The notes below the pieces were generated by a model. That model was not told where the DNA came from. It made no database searches and saw only the letters and a program-made list of their open reading frames with translations. Of a stretch of 64,000 nt of DNA, positions 12,868 to 25,034 are shown piece after piece. Each line of letters starts with the position of its first letter. The stretch's first letter is position 1. This stretch comes from Phyllosticta citribraziliensis (Eukaryota): the NCBI RefSeq assembly GCF_038025025.1, contig NW_027117352.1:1-64000 (forward strand), in the 5' to 3' direction. The translations under genes were made by a program, and so were the position numbers.

Positions 12868-15800
12868 ATGCATCTCCCAGCAACCCTACTAGCTCTGGCC
12901 GCCGCGGCCAACGCCGCCGTCGTCACCGTCACAACAGACTGCGACAGGCCAACGACAACAGTGCGGATCACGCTCCCACTGCCATCTGGGACCTTGCCCC
13001 TTTCCTCTTCACTCGCGGGCGCCTCTTCTGCCTCCGACAACACGACTACGACCACCACGACTACGACGCTCTTCCCCACCTCATTCCGGTCGCACCCGGC
13101 CTCGCTGTCAGAATGGGCGTCTGCGGCTGCGACTTCGAGTAGCAGCGTTGGAGGAGGGACAGGCGGTGGTGGTGGCGGCGTCAATGATCCCTATCCGTAC
13201 CTGGACGGCGCGTGTGGCGCTGATTTCAATGGTAAAACGTGCTTTGGCAATGAGCTGGGGAGGTGTTGCTCCAAGTGGGGATTTTGGTGAGTGGTCTCTT
13301 GTTTTCTAGATCATTCCTTCAGATCTTTCTCGCAGCTTCTTGCAAAAGATTCGCCAAAACAGAGAAAGAGGAACTAACAGATGCGGCGTCTGCAGTGGAA
13401 ACGATGAGCCCTGGTGTGGCGAAGGCTGCCAGCCCGAGTATGGCAACTGTTCTGCAACGGTCACGGATCCCTCCAAGCCCCCGACGTCCAGCCTCTACCC
13501 TGAAGCGGCGTGCGGCGCGTCGGCCGGCGGGCAGACTTGCTTCGGCAATGTGGTCGGGAGCTGCTGTTCCCAGTGGGGATACTGGTGAGTAATCTTTCTT
13601 TCTGCTTGTTGGCCCAAGGTTCTTTGGCTGTCTGCTACCCCCTGCGTAATCTTTTTCCGATTTCGCCAGAGAAAAGGGTGAAGAAAGCCAGATGGATGCG
13701 TGTCGTAGTTTTCGATCTTTTCTATTTTCCACACCTTGCTAATAAAACGCAGTGGCATAGGTGACCCCTGGTGCGGCACGGGCTGCCAATCGGAATTTGG
13801 AGACTGCGACAACAATCCAAGCCCGTCGCCATCTCTCTCATCCATCGCATCAAACCCAGCGAGCAGCAGTGCGAGCGTTGGAGCTTCATCCTCTCTTGCC
13901 CCTCAGCCTTCGTCCAGCACGTCAGCCACGCCTTCGGGCATACCGTTCCCCGACGGGGCATGTGGTCCCACTTACGGTTACCAGACTTGCGCAAATTCGA
14001 CCTGCTGTTCGGAATGGGGCTTCTGCGGAATTGGAGACGGTTACTGCGGTGCTGGGTGCCAAACGGCGTACGGACAGTGCAACAGCGGCGCTCAGTCAAG
14101 CGCGGCCAGCAGCAGCAGCCTCATCAGCAGCAGTCTAGTCTCTCCCCCGGTGCCCCCCTTTCCGTCGTCTTCAGCAGATGGCCAGACAAGTCCATCCGCC
14201 TCTTTGGTAGTGCCTCCGACCTCAACTGCTTCCAGCTTGCCGGACGGCGCCTGCGGTCCCCAGGCTGGCGGACAGACATGCTTCAATGCGCCTAGCGGGT
14301 CTTGCTGCTCGCAGTACGGCTATTGTGGTGCTGGAACCGACTTTTGCGGCGCCGGATGCCAGTCTGCGTACGGACAATGCCAATTCCCCAACGTCTCTAG
14401 TAGCAGTCTCGCTGGCAGTGTCAGCACGACCAGTATCCCTTCGCCATCTTCCAGCAATGCCGGCTCAAGTGTTGTCCCAGGCTCTTCTACTGCTCGATCG
14501 GCTGCCCCTTCGTCTTCTGCGCCTGGGACAGTGCATCCTGACAGCGCCTGCGGTGCTTCTGCTGGAGGCCAAACTTGCTTCTCGGCGCCCTCGGGCCAAT
14601 GCTGTTCACAGTACAACTACTGTGGATCGGGCGAAGCGTTTTGCGGCGTGGGATGCCAGTCGCCTTTCGGTGAGTGCTGGAACAACGTCACTTCGTCGTC
14701 CGCAAACCAGTCCCTGGCCCAGTCCTCCACAGCTACATCATTCGCGGTGTCCTTGAGTCCCTCTCAATCGAACACCGTGCTCCCATCGTCCGCGGGCCAG
14801 TCTGCAGCTCAATCGTCCCTGGATCCGTCTTCTACGGCGTCGTTGGTTGGTTCTCAGTCGACCACTGCGGCGTCGTTCTCCTCATCCTCGTCAGAGCCAG
14901 CGTCGACGTACCCAGCAGGAGCATGCGGTGCCGATGCAGGCGGCCAGACTTGCGCAAACGCCCCGTTCGGACCTTGCTGCTCGTTGTATGGATATTGCGG
15001 GACAGGGGCAGCTTTTTGCGGAGCTGGCTGTCAGTCTCCTTTTGGTCAATGCTGGACCAATATCACCACCTTGTCAGCAAGCGGATCCGAGAGCTTCTCT
15101 TCCAATCAGCCGCCGAGCGTCTCATCATCAGCGCCTGTGAGCTTGTCCGCTCAATCAACGGCCCTCTCGTCCTCGTTGTCGTCCTTGGCTGGACCCTCAT
15201 CTACTGCCGCGCTTTCTTCATCTCTCCCGGTGTCCACGTACCCCGCGGGTGCATGTGGTGCCAGTGCCGGCAACCAGACGTGTGCCAATGCTCCATCCCG
15301 ACCGTGCTGCTCTATGTACGGATACTGCGGCAGTGGAAATGATTTCTGCGGCGCGGGCTGTCAGTCAATGTTTGGAGAATGCTGGAGTAACGCCACCTCT
15401 TCAAGTAGCAGTCTTCTGCCAGTATCGAGCAGTAGGCTGGCAGCGTCTACGAGAAGATTGGTAGCGTCGTCCAGTGTGATGGGACAGTCTTCTTCTCCCC
15501 CGTCGTCGATACAATCCCTGACACAGTCCTCGCCAACGGTCGCGCTGTCGTCTTCAGGCCCTGTCTCAACCTTCCCTGCAGGAGCTTGCGGAGCGAACGC
15601 TGGCGGCCAAACCTGTGTGAATGCTCCTTCTGGCCCATGTTGTTCTCTCTACGGCTACTGTGGAACCGGAGCTAGTTTTTGCGGAGTAGGTTGCCAATCG
15701 CTTTATGGCGTATGCAACTCTACATCTTCCAGCGTCCTCTCGAGCGCGACTCCTGCGTCGTCTGGTGTATCCGAGGCCTCTTCATCCGTGCCCTCATCTC

Positions 15801-17722
15801 TTGGAGCTTCGAGTGTCGTAGAGTCTTCATCAGTAGCTCCTGCTCCGTCTTCTGCCGTCTCGTCTAGTATTTCTCAAGCCTCGGCATCTGCAATCTCGTC
15901 GCTTGGAACTTCAACCGCCGCGCAGTCTGCTTCGTCAGCTCCCGCAGCAACATACCCTGCTGGGGCCTGTGGCGCAAAAGCTGGCGGTCAAACTTGTGCA
16001 AATGCGCCTTCCGGCCCTTGTTGCTCTGAATATGGGTACTGTGGTTCAGGCGACGGCTTTTGCGGAACAGGCTGTCAACCGCTCTTCGGCATTTGCAACT
16101 CTACATCGTCATCCACTGCCGCCTTGTCGGGTTCATCCGTGGCGCTCTCTTCAATAGCCTCTCCCGGATTGTCGTCTATCCCATCATCTGCAAGCCCGTC
16201 AGTCGCACCCTCAAGCGCGACGCAGCCCTCGTCGTCGGCTCCCGCGTCCACATTTCCGGCTGGTGCGTGTGGACCTGACGCAGGTGGCCAAACGTGCGAG
16301 AACGCTCCAAGCGGTCCTTGCTGCTCCCAATACGGCTACTGTGGCACTGGCGACAGCTTCTGCGGTGCAGGCTGTCAGGCTGGATTTGGACAGTGCAACT
16401 CCACGTCTTCTCCAGTGCCAGGCAGCACTCAGGCTGTATCTCCAGTGGAATCGTCATTGTTTATGACCAGCACCCAGTCAGCGTCAGCATCTGCGTTGGA
16501 GTCCTCCTTGTTGAGCAGCACCCAGGTAGCGTCAGCGGAATCTTCCTTATTGTCGAGCAGCTCCCAGGTCGCGTCAGCGGAATCTTCCTTGTTGTCGAGC
16601 AGCACCCTGGTCGCGTCTTCAGCGGAATCCTCCTCGTTGTCGAGCAGCACCATATCAAGCATTTCTTCGCCGCCTCTCCCTTCTTCTGCTTCCCCGCTGG
16701 AGTCATTAAGCAGCATTCAATCATCCCCAGCTGCTCCGTCTTCCACTTTTCCTGCGGGCGCCTGTGGTCTGACGGCTGGAGGACAAACCTGTGAGAATGC
16801 GCCCTCTGGACCTTGCTGCTCACAATATGGCTACTGCGGCATGGGAGATGGGTTCTGCAGCGCTGGATGCCAGGCAGACTTTGGCGTCTGTAATGTCACT
16901 TCTCCTTCATCGACAACTGCTCTTGCGAGCCAGTCTCTGGCCCAGTCCTCAGATCAATCTTCTTCCCTGGTCTCTTCAGGAACGTCGTCATCTCCGCCCG
17001 TATCCACATTTCCTGCTGGCGCTTGTGGACTGACAGCGGGCGGCCAGAATTGCGCCAATGCACCAAACGGACCTTGCTGTTCTCAGTATGATTACTGTGG
17101 TACGGGAGATGGATTCTGTGGAGTGGGCTGTCAAGCTGACTTTGGAGAATGCAACTCCGCCTCTCCGTTGTCTTCTTCATTGCCCAGCAGCACTGAAACG
17201 GCACCATCTTTCGTGTCCTCTTCCCCAGCGACGTCTGTTGCACCTTCGTCATCCTCACCTGCATCCACGTTTCCTGCTGGCGCTTGTGGACCTACTGCCG
17301 GTGATCAGGATTGTGCGAACGCGCCCAGCGGACCTTGCTGCTCGCAGTACGGCTTCTGTGGGACCGGTGAGGGTTTCTGCGGTGCAGGTTGTCAAGCCGC
17401 ATATGGAGAGTGCAACTCAACTTCGCCGTCGTCTTCTCCCATCAGTAGCCAGGCAGCTACTCCATCACTCCCCAGTTCCGGTTCCCCCTCAGCGAGCTCA
17501 TACCCCGAGGGCGCTTGCGGACCGACGGCCGGCGGTCAGAACTGCGCAAATGCCCCATCAGGACCTTGCTGTTCGCAGTATGGCTTCTGCGGTAGGGACG
17601 ATGGCTTCTGCGGTGCTGGATGCCAGGCTGAGTTTGGAGACTGCACCTCGACGATGGGCGGAGCTGTGACGACAGGCCTCAGGCTCAGAGCGTTGAAGGG
17701 GAAGTGGTGGTTTCGCGGGTAA
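12868..17722 (+). CDS. Secreted multi-hevein (14x CBM18/chitin-binding type 1) Ser-rich protein, ~1,525 aa
   Basis: Signal-peptide-like MHLPATLLALAAAANA. Exons 12868-13286, 13396-13584 and 13753-17722 with GT-AG introns and CTAAC/CTAAT branch points give 4,578 nt in frame. 14 copies of ACG-x6-C-x3/7-CCS-x-[WY]-[GND]-[YF]-CG-x4-[FYW]C..GCQ..[FY]G.C separated by Ser/Ala/Pro/Thr linkers. Confidence 0.92.
16490..16650 (+). repeat. Coding minisatellite, ~4 units of 39-45 bp (ESSLLSS[ST]TQVASA-like)
   Basis: Repeated gcgtcagcggaatcttcctt.ttgtcgagcagc within a linker of the CBM18 gene. Confidence 0.8.
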
Positions 17723-18399
17723 TAGGAGTGAAACTTTGATCTGGATGGATGGCCTCTAGACTTGTTGTGGCGGCTTTGTCTCGTTTTTGGCTTCGTTAGC
17801 GTGGATCGAGTCTTTCAAAAGGACGCCTTAGATACCCACCTTTATTTCGGCTTGTAATCGTTCTTCCAAAGTTGAATGCTAAGTGCACCCACGTGGTCTG
17901 TCTGGGTTTCTGTTCGTGACTGGTTTTAGTTTGAGTCTGTACTGTGGATCAACCCTTCCTTGACGCAGAGGATTGGTCTGCCCGGGGTCCTGAGTGGCAA
18001 GATGGTGGTACTATACAACAGGAACATGAAAGACCCTCATCGGGAAGGAAACTATTGAAGGAAACCGAACCAACCCCGACTCAAGAAAAACCGTCCCTCG
18101 ATCTGGCTAATTACAAAACCCGGAGACCGGAAAAGAAAAGCCGTGTAGCAACAGATACGACAAGCCCCCAATGTTTCCAGCTGTGGATGACCCAATCCGT
18201 GCAATCCAGAACTCTGCAAGGGAAAGGGGAGAGGAGACGAGGAAAAGAAAAAGGGTACCAAAACACAATCAAAGCAAGGTGCGATCATGCAGAAAGCCAA
18301 GAGAAAAGACGCCGCTGGGATCGTCGGTCTAAGGAGGATTCGTGGCGGTGCCTTGGTCGTCGATAGAGACAGAGACAGACTGGCCATGGGACGAACAAG

Positions 18400-19743
18400 T
18401 TAGACCGCCTCTCTCGGCACAATGACACACTGGTCATGCACGCTGTGAATGGTGGACTGCCCCGTGTTCTCGCTTCCGAAGCTGGTACGACTGTCCTTGA
18501 CGTTGGGCAAGCGAGTCTGATTTTCCTCAAGGTCCTCGGTGAATCGGGACACGCGAGACTGGCTTGAAGGGGCCCTCTGCTCAGCGTTTCTTGGGACTTC
18601 GGGGACAGGTTCAAGCATGTGAGCTTCATTGCCAGCTTCTGGATCCTGATCGGCAGGTGACGAGGTAGGCATGCCGAAGAGCTTTCGGAACCAGTCAAAG
18701 ACACCCAGCTTGTTGAGTTCTCCGAAAAGGACCGGAACGTTGGACGTGATGAGGGCTGCCCAACACTCGCGCCCAGCCCACTCAACGATGATGTGAGCTC
18801 GGAGTCCCGGATCGGTCTACAGTACTTTTAGTTTGATGGCTCTTGTAGGCTCTCACAAGCAGACATACCGTGTATGGCAACGAAAGGCGGAGCGCAGCAA
18901 GAACGGTGAGTACCAGGCTAATCCCAAAAATCAAGCAGAGCGTCATCTTACGGTCGCGCGAGGCTTTGACATGCCAGATCATGATAGCGGGAGGGATGAT
19001 CAGGCAAATGTCGGCGCAAATGTTCAAGATCGGAGGGACCGCTCGGACGACTGGACCAAAGGCCGGAGAGCACTCGACTGGAAGCGTGTGAGACCAGTAA
19101 GGCTGCTAGATCATGGGAGGCTCACCTGAGGCGGGGCTTGGAAGCTGCCAGAACCCAGAGAAAGGTCGGCATGCAGCAAAGAAAGTGACCGTGGCGCCCA
19201 CAAAGGTGACAGCAATCACGACAAAGCTGAACTGGACCAGCCTACGCAGACCAGAGGGGCCGCAGGATCTTTGACAGATTAGAGTCTCATTGACGCCGGA
19301 TAGTACGATTGACTCACAGAACGCGCCAGTAGAGAAAGCACATGCAGAGCTTGGTGGTCCACATGAGGAAGTTGTAGAGGAATGCGTACGCCAGCATGAC
19401 TTGAGAGCCCTGGGTCATCATCTTCATTTCCTCAGGCGTTGGGTGCCACCACGAGAGGTTTTCAGGATTCCACATGAAGTTGTTGTAACCATGGTTGGCG
19501 AACGTCTCCCACGCGTAGAGGGCATTCATGGTCGCAAGCATCATCTGCCGGGTCCCGGTCAGTCTCGTGGAGTTGCAACCCATCGCTGTGACATACCGCT
19601 GCCAGGAACATCAGGTAGTCATCAGGCTCAAAGTTCTTGTAGCCGACTCTCATCGCACGGCAAGCCAGACGCGTACTCACGACGCCCAACGCGAGGATGA
19701 GGGTGATGATGGCCTCAACCCAGTAGGCCTGGTGTCTGATCAT
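18400..19743 (-). CDS. PTH11-like integral membrane protein (fungal rhodopsin domain, no CFEM), multi-exon
   Basis: Exon peptides: ALGVVSTRLACR..GYKNFEPDDYLM; FLYNFLMWTTKLCMCFLYWR; NICADICLIIPPAIMIWHVKASRDRKMTLCLIFG..VLAALRL. Hydrophilic C-terminal tail. GT-AG introns (e.g. 19596-19545). Internal exon boundaries are approximate. Confidence 0.82.
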
Positions 19744-21286
19744 TGTGGAGATGCGTCAAGTCGAGACAGATTGGATATCAAAGAGGGGGAAGAAGGACGC
19801 CGAGGTCTGGAGACGGCGCGATGAATCGATGGTTGTGGGAGAGTTGAGGAGGAAATAAGTTCGTGACGCGCCGAGGAGATTTTGGGAAATGCCAACGTGT
19901 AAAGTGGGCTTGTGGGCGAGTGTTCCAGCTCGTGAGGAAGGTACCCAGTCGTGCCTGCCTACTTTGGGTAGAGGTGATTTGGTGGAGTGGACAAACAATG
20001 TCGACGCACAGGCCTTCTCAGCTCCCAGGCTGTATTTTCATACCCGTAGTGTTAAAACTGACTCTTCACTTCGGTGCCAGGTTAGTGAAAGAAAGTGAAC
20101 CTGTCATTTTTGGCAAGTTTGCAGTCTCTTGTGCGCGAAATCTCTTGGGTAGACCAAAGTCATGAAAGACACCTTGCGTAGCTACGGTATTGCTCATCCA
20201 TCTTTCAATAGCGCAGTCTGACGGCAGGTGCGCCTTGGTGACGAAATTTTCATGATGGCCATTGTTATTTGAAAAGACTCTGAGTCAGAGGAGCTGCAGA
20301 GATGGACGATCGCTCCCTAAGCGTGACCATATTGGTGGACCATTAGCTTCTGGACGCAAGTAGCAGTAACAGAACGCTCCCAGTATAAACACATTTCCAG
20401 GAGGCCCCATTGCTTCCGAAATGCATTGTGGTGTGATCAAGAGGAGAAATTGGGTCAGCACATACCTTGCTGTGTCGCTTTATCTACACCTCTAGCTCCT
20501 GAGTTGTTTCCCACCAGACCCAGTCCGGTCTGCCAATGTCAGCTGTCGGGGAGAACATAGCTGCCCTGAGTAGTAGAAAGATCCTCCAACTCTAGGTCAA
20601 GGAAAAGACGGAACAACACCAAGCGATAAAAAGATGGTGATGTGTGTAAGACGGAAAGATCATTGTTACAATTTTTGAAGACGAGACATGCATCCGACCA
20701 AAGCATGACGGCTTCGATGGTTGGTAAAAAGGAACGAGGTAAATTCGGAGGTACTCAGACGAGCAGTCGTCGTAAAGTATCTCTGACACCGAGGAGCAAG
20801 CTCGCTGCCGAAGTGTTGCTACGAATACCATCTCCATGAAGCAGACAGTCGAGTAGTACCCATCTCGAATGTGAAAGGAGCATGGATATCAATGATACGT
20901 TCCATCTCTTGACAAGAAATCCTTCAAAAGCTTGAATGTGCGTCTAATACTTTGCTCAAGCTGAAGGATTTCTCTCTTTCTTTCTGTTCTCTCTCCGTGT
21001 ACCACGATCTCTTGTACCGAGTATCGACCATCCAGTAGATCGAAGGTCTTCGCTTTGTTGGTCGGGAGAGGTTGATGAGACGCTATGGCCCGGAGCGACC
21101 AGCTCCTGAACCGCCAGAAACCCCGCTCCGCAGTGTAGGGTAGCCGAAGAGGAGTTGGCCTTTGTTCCAAGACTTTCTGAGATGGACGTGTCTTTTCTCG
21201 ATAGTCAAGGTTTTTGCGGAGCTTTAGAAGTACTCGCAGCTCTGAAGCTGGGTTCTTCATGTAAAAAGTGGCAAAGCAAAGTCCTT

Positions 21287-22182
21287 TCAATCCGGCTCGT
21301 ATCTACGCTTGCGTCCCAGCGTTGGTGCTCTTTCTGCCTCGTTCTCATTTGTTGGGAGAGGTACGCTGTATTGCACGTGTCTGTCCCAGTCCGGGAGCCG
21401 CGTGTAAGGGCTCCGCAGCCATGCGCCGAGCTCGTGCAGAAACAGCCTTGCGTTTTGGCGGCCAATAAATTCCTGCATCATGTCTTCTGCAGCGCCAGAA
21501 GATCCCTTGAGATCATGAAATTTCAAAATGGCGATGATGTACTCTAGCAGCCATTCAGCGTTGCTGGTTTGGCTGACAGCCGCCGAGGGTCCATCTGAGG
21601 AGAAAAACACTCGCAATTCGCGACGGATGAAAGCCCGGGCGCGAGACTGCAAGTCGGGGGAGTTGTTGAAGCGCTCAGGAGTGATTGAGTAATAGCACGA
21701 AATGCGATTTGCTCCCACGTGACGCGAGAAGAGTTCATGACGGTACACGTAGCGGCGGCGAATAAGCGCCATGTCTGGGGTTGGCGATGGATCCCGGGGG
21801 CGATTCCGGCGCCAGTTTCGATTGCGACGGGGCAGTAAAGGCTGCTGTCGTTGAGCAGTTGGTTTGGCGTCCTCGTCCTTGGGGGGAGGTAGCTTGTACG
21901 ATTTGAAGTCGTCTGGCGCCCGCCAATCGTACTGGACTTCGGTGATGTCGGTCTTGCCTGAATTATCCCATGTCAGAAGGAGTTTGGAGCGGTACGGGCA
22001 CAAGCCATACAAAGTGGACATTTGGAACATTCCTGTAGCCAGCTGACGAGGCATAGAAAGTCGAAAGTGCAATGATTGCACGGCACCGAGACGGCTCTCT
22101 CAGAGATCATGTCGAGGCAGATGACGCAGTCCTCAAGCTGGCTGCCTCGACGACGAGGCGGATGCACGGCGACATGACCCAT
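21287..22182 (-). CDS. RING-finger E3 ubiquitin ligase (Topors-like fungal family)
   Basis: CVICLD...[11 protein letters not shown]...CPLC. Intron 22010-21958 restores the last Cys. C-terminal [22 protein letters not shown] motif. Confidence 0.85.
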
Positions 22183-22477
22183 TCTCTTGAATGTGGTTCA
22201 AGGGTGTCGTGGGAGAAGAGGTGGCGGTAGACGTTCGGATGAGTGGAGACGACGGCGGACGTTGCGATGGAATTGTGGCGCAAAGCGCTGTGGCTGATGC
22301 CCGCAGGTGGGCGGTGGCGCGTCATCCTTGAGCGATTGTGGAGAAGTCGCGCCGACGGTCGATCACGGCCGCGGTGCTGCCAGTCTGAACTCGAATCTCA
22401 GCCATCTATATGTTCCGGCGCTCATGCTCAGTGTTTTCCGGCGAGCCCGGTCACCACTCCCCCTCCGAAACAAGAAC

Positions 22478-24201
22478 ATGGCACATTCAGCTGCCAACAA
22501 CTCGGCCGCCGCCCATCTCGCCGGCACCATGCGCACGTATACGAAAACCAACTTGAGGAGGTGGTCGTGTCTCGACAAGGAGCTCCCAGGTTAGCTGGAA
22601 ACACCGCTTGCCATGCCTTCGAGCTAACACGCTGATAGATGTGAATCAGATCAAAGCGATCCACCTCTACGACTGGGACAATACGCGTAAGTTCCGTCCG
22701 TCTTGCACGCGCTTCTTAAGCTCACCAAAACTTCCTAGTATTCGCAACCCCGCTACCTAGCGACCGCATCTGGACTCCGTCTACAATAGGACTTTTGCAA
22801 TCTCAAGATGCCTTCGTCTACGAAGGAGGATGGTGGCACAATCCCAAAATTCTGGCCGCGACTGGCGAGGGCATTGAAAAAGAAGAGCCCAGGGCCTGGG
22901 ATGGCTGCTGGGACGAAGACGTTGTCGAGCTTGTCAGGATGTCAATGGAGCAAAAGGATGTCCTCACCGTCATGGTTACAGGCCGACAAGAGGACCGCTT
23001 TGCCGACTTGATACAACGCATGGCCAAGTCTAAGAAACTCGACTTCGACCTCATGTGCCTCAAGCCCGCGGTAGGACCGCAAAACCAGCAGTTCCACTCT
23101 ACAATGATGTTCAAGCAAGAGTTCATCAAAGACCTCGTTTACACCTACAACGAAGCGACCGAGATGCGCATCTACGAAGACCGCCCGAAGCACGCGGCCG
23201 AATTCCGCAGACTATTTGCAAGTTTGAACGAAGACTGGGAGCGAGGCGTCTCTCCGGCACCGCGCAAGCCCTTGGTGGCCGAAGTGATAGATGTCCCCGC
23301 AAAGGCCAAGTTCCTTGATCCCTTGACCGAAGTCGAGGAAGTTCAGCTGCTCGTCAATGCGAACAACAAAGCTCTTCGTACCGACCCCAAGCCCAGCGCT
23401 CAACACTTCAACATCGAGAAGAACGTCCTCAACACAGTCTACAAAATCGACGAAGAAAACCAGAAACGACTAATTAGCACGTTAATACCCGAGATCTCTA
23501 GCACCGCAGACGGTGAGGTACGCGTACACGCCGATGAAATCTTCATCTGCCGAGGGGTCTGCCAGAACAGGCAATTGCAGAGACTCGGCGGCATCGGCAA
23601 GGTTCAGCATTGGAGAATAACAGCCACCGGAAGCCTTGAAGACAAAATCTGGGCGGCCCGCGTGGAGCCCGTACCCTCTAACTCCACTGGCGTTTCATCA
23701 AGACGTCAGCTTGTTCTCGCCATGCGCAAGGGAGCCTGGTTCACTGATGCAAACGACATCCAAAACTGGGCGCCGGTCCCGCAAGACAAAGCGATTGAAT
23801 TCCCAACCACCATCTCCGAGATAATCCGGCTTTCGTTGATGAGGGGCCACTCGTCCGGTCTCGCAAACGACGCAGACAAGACCTCAACCTCAGGTCGACC
23901 CTATCAATCGTCGAATTTCCGTGGACAGAGCAACCCATCGCAAGGAGGCAACAACAACGGCCGACGACCGCCGCCGCCCGCGGCAAATTACCGCGGCGGA
24001 AACCAGTCCCGCGGAAGAGGAGGCGCGTATCCGAGAGGAGGACGAGAAGGAGGCGGTAGAGGCGGCCGGCAAGGAAGAGGAGGCATGAATTCCAGAGGCG
24101 GCCGATCCAGACCGGGCCAGTATCGCAGTCTGGACGATGTCGGCACGAGTCAGAATACCGGCGCGGGCTTCCAGTACGAAGATGGTGGATATCCGTATTA
24201 G
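22478..24201 (+). CDS. HAD-family 'Swiss Army Knife RNA repair-like' protein with RGG-rich C-terminus
   Basis: Introns 22590-22638 and 22687-22738 assemble IHLYDWDNTLFATP (DxDxT). Also GGWWH, TVMVTGR, IYEDRPKH and an RGG tail. Confidence 0.85.
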
Positions 24202-25034
24202 CCGATGATGCGCGCGGCGCTGGACATGGAAAGGATCCTTCAATGGGGGGAAGGTTTGCTGTCGACTTGCAGACGGCTCTTGCCGACAGAGTTGTCTTTT
24301 TGGCTCGATATTAGGAGAGCGCCATATGATTCACCGTCACGGAGCAGCAGAGGGCGATGATGATATGCGGCGCGCCGTCACACGCACTATACCACTTGCT
24401 CATGGCGCAGGATGGAGCATAGGGTCTCAGATTTTCTTCGAGCATTCCTGCTTCCGCGAATCGAGGTCGGCTTGGCTTCAGAACACTCACGTCGCTTGAG
24501 ACATGGCGGAATGGCTAGCTAATGTAGCTAGCAATAGTTCAAATCACCAACACGTAAACAGAACAGGCAATTGAAAGAAGAAAAGTCTTCAAATCGACGC
24601 GTGAGCCATACATAGTCCGAGTGTGTTTTGCGGTGCAGCTGTAAAACCAATGCAGATCTCACGCGCCGAATACCAACCACGTGCGTTGTATACACGCAAT
24701 TTGCAAGATAGATGAATCCACGTCTCCATTGTGCTTTTACTTCACGCGCCTCAGACGCGTGCCGTTTCCTGCTGGTATCTCACATCAACAACAATAACAA
24801 CAACAACGATGCAACCACCGAGCCTCTCTCTACGCTTCCGTCTTCCAAAAGCTCATGACGCACCCGGCGGCTCTCGCGGCGTCCGCCTCGACAATTCCCT
24901 CTACTGGAAAACTTGGCCCCAGAAACATGCGATACATTCATGGCCACTGATTGGGCCATAGTCCGTCCGTCCGTCCAAACTCAACTTCCAAATCAAGGCT
25001 CAAGCGCAGACGACAAAAATACCTCGGGAGACTG

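Noticed and set aside
13950..17650. Repeat-spacer periodicity resembling a CRISPR array
   Set aside because: The repeats are in-frame protein modules of a eukaryotic intron-containing gene.
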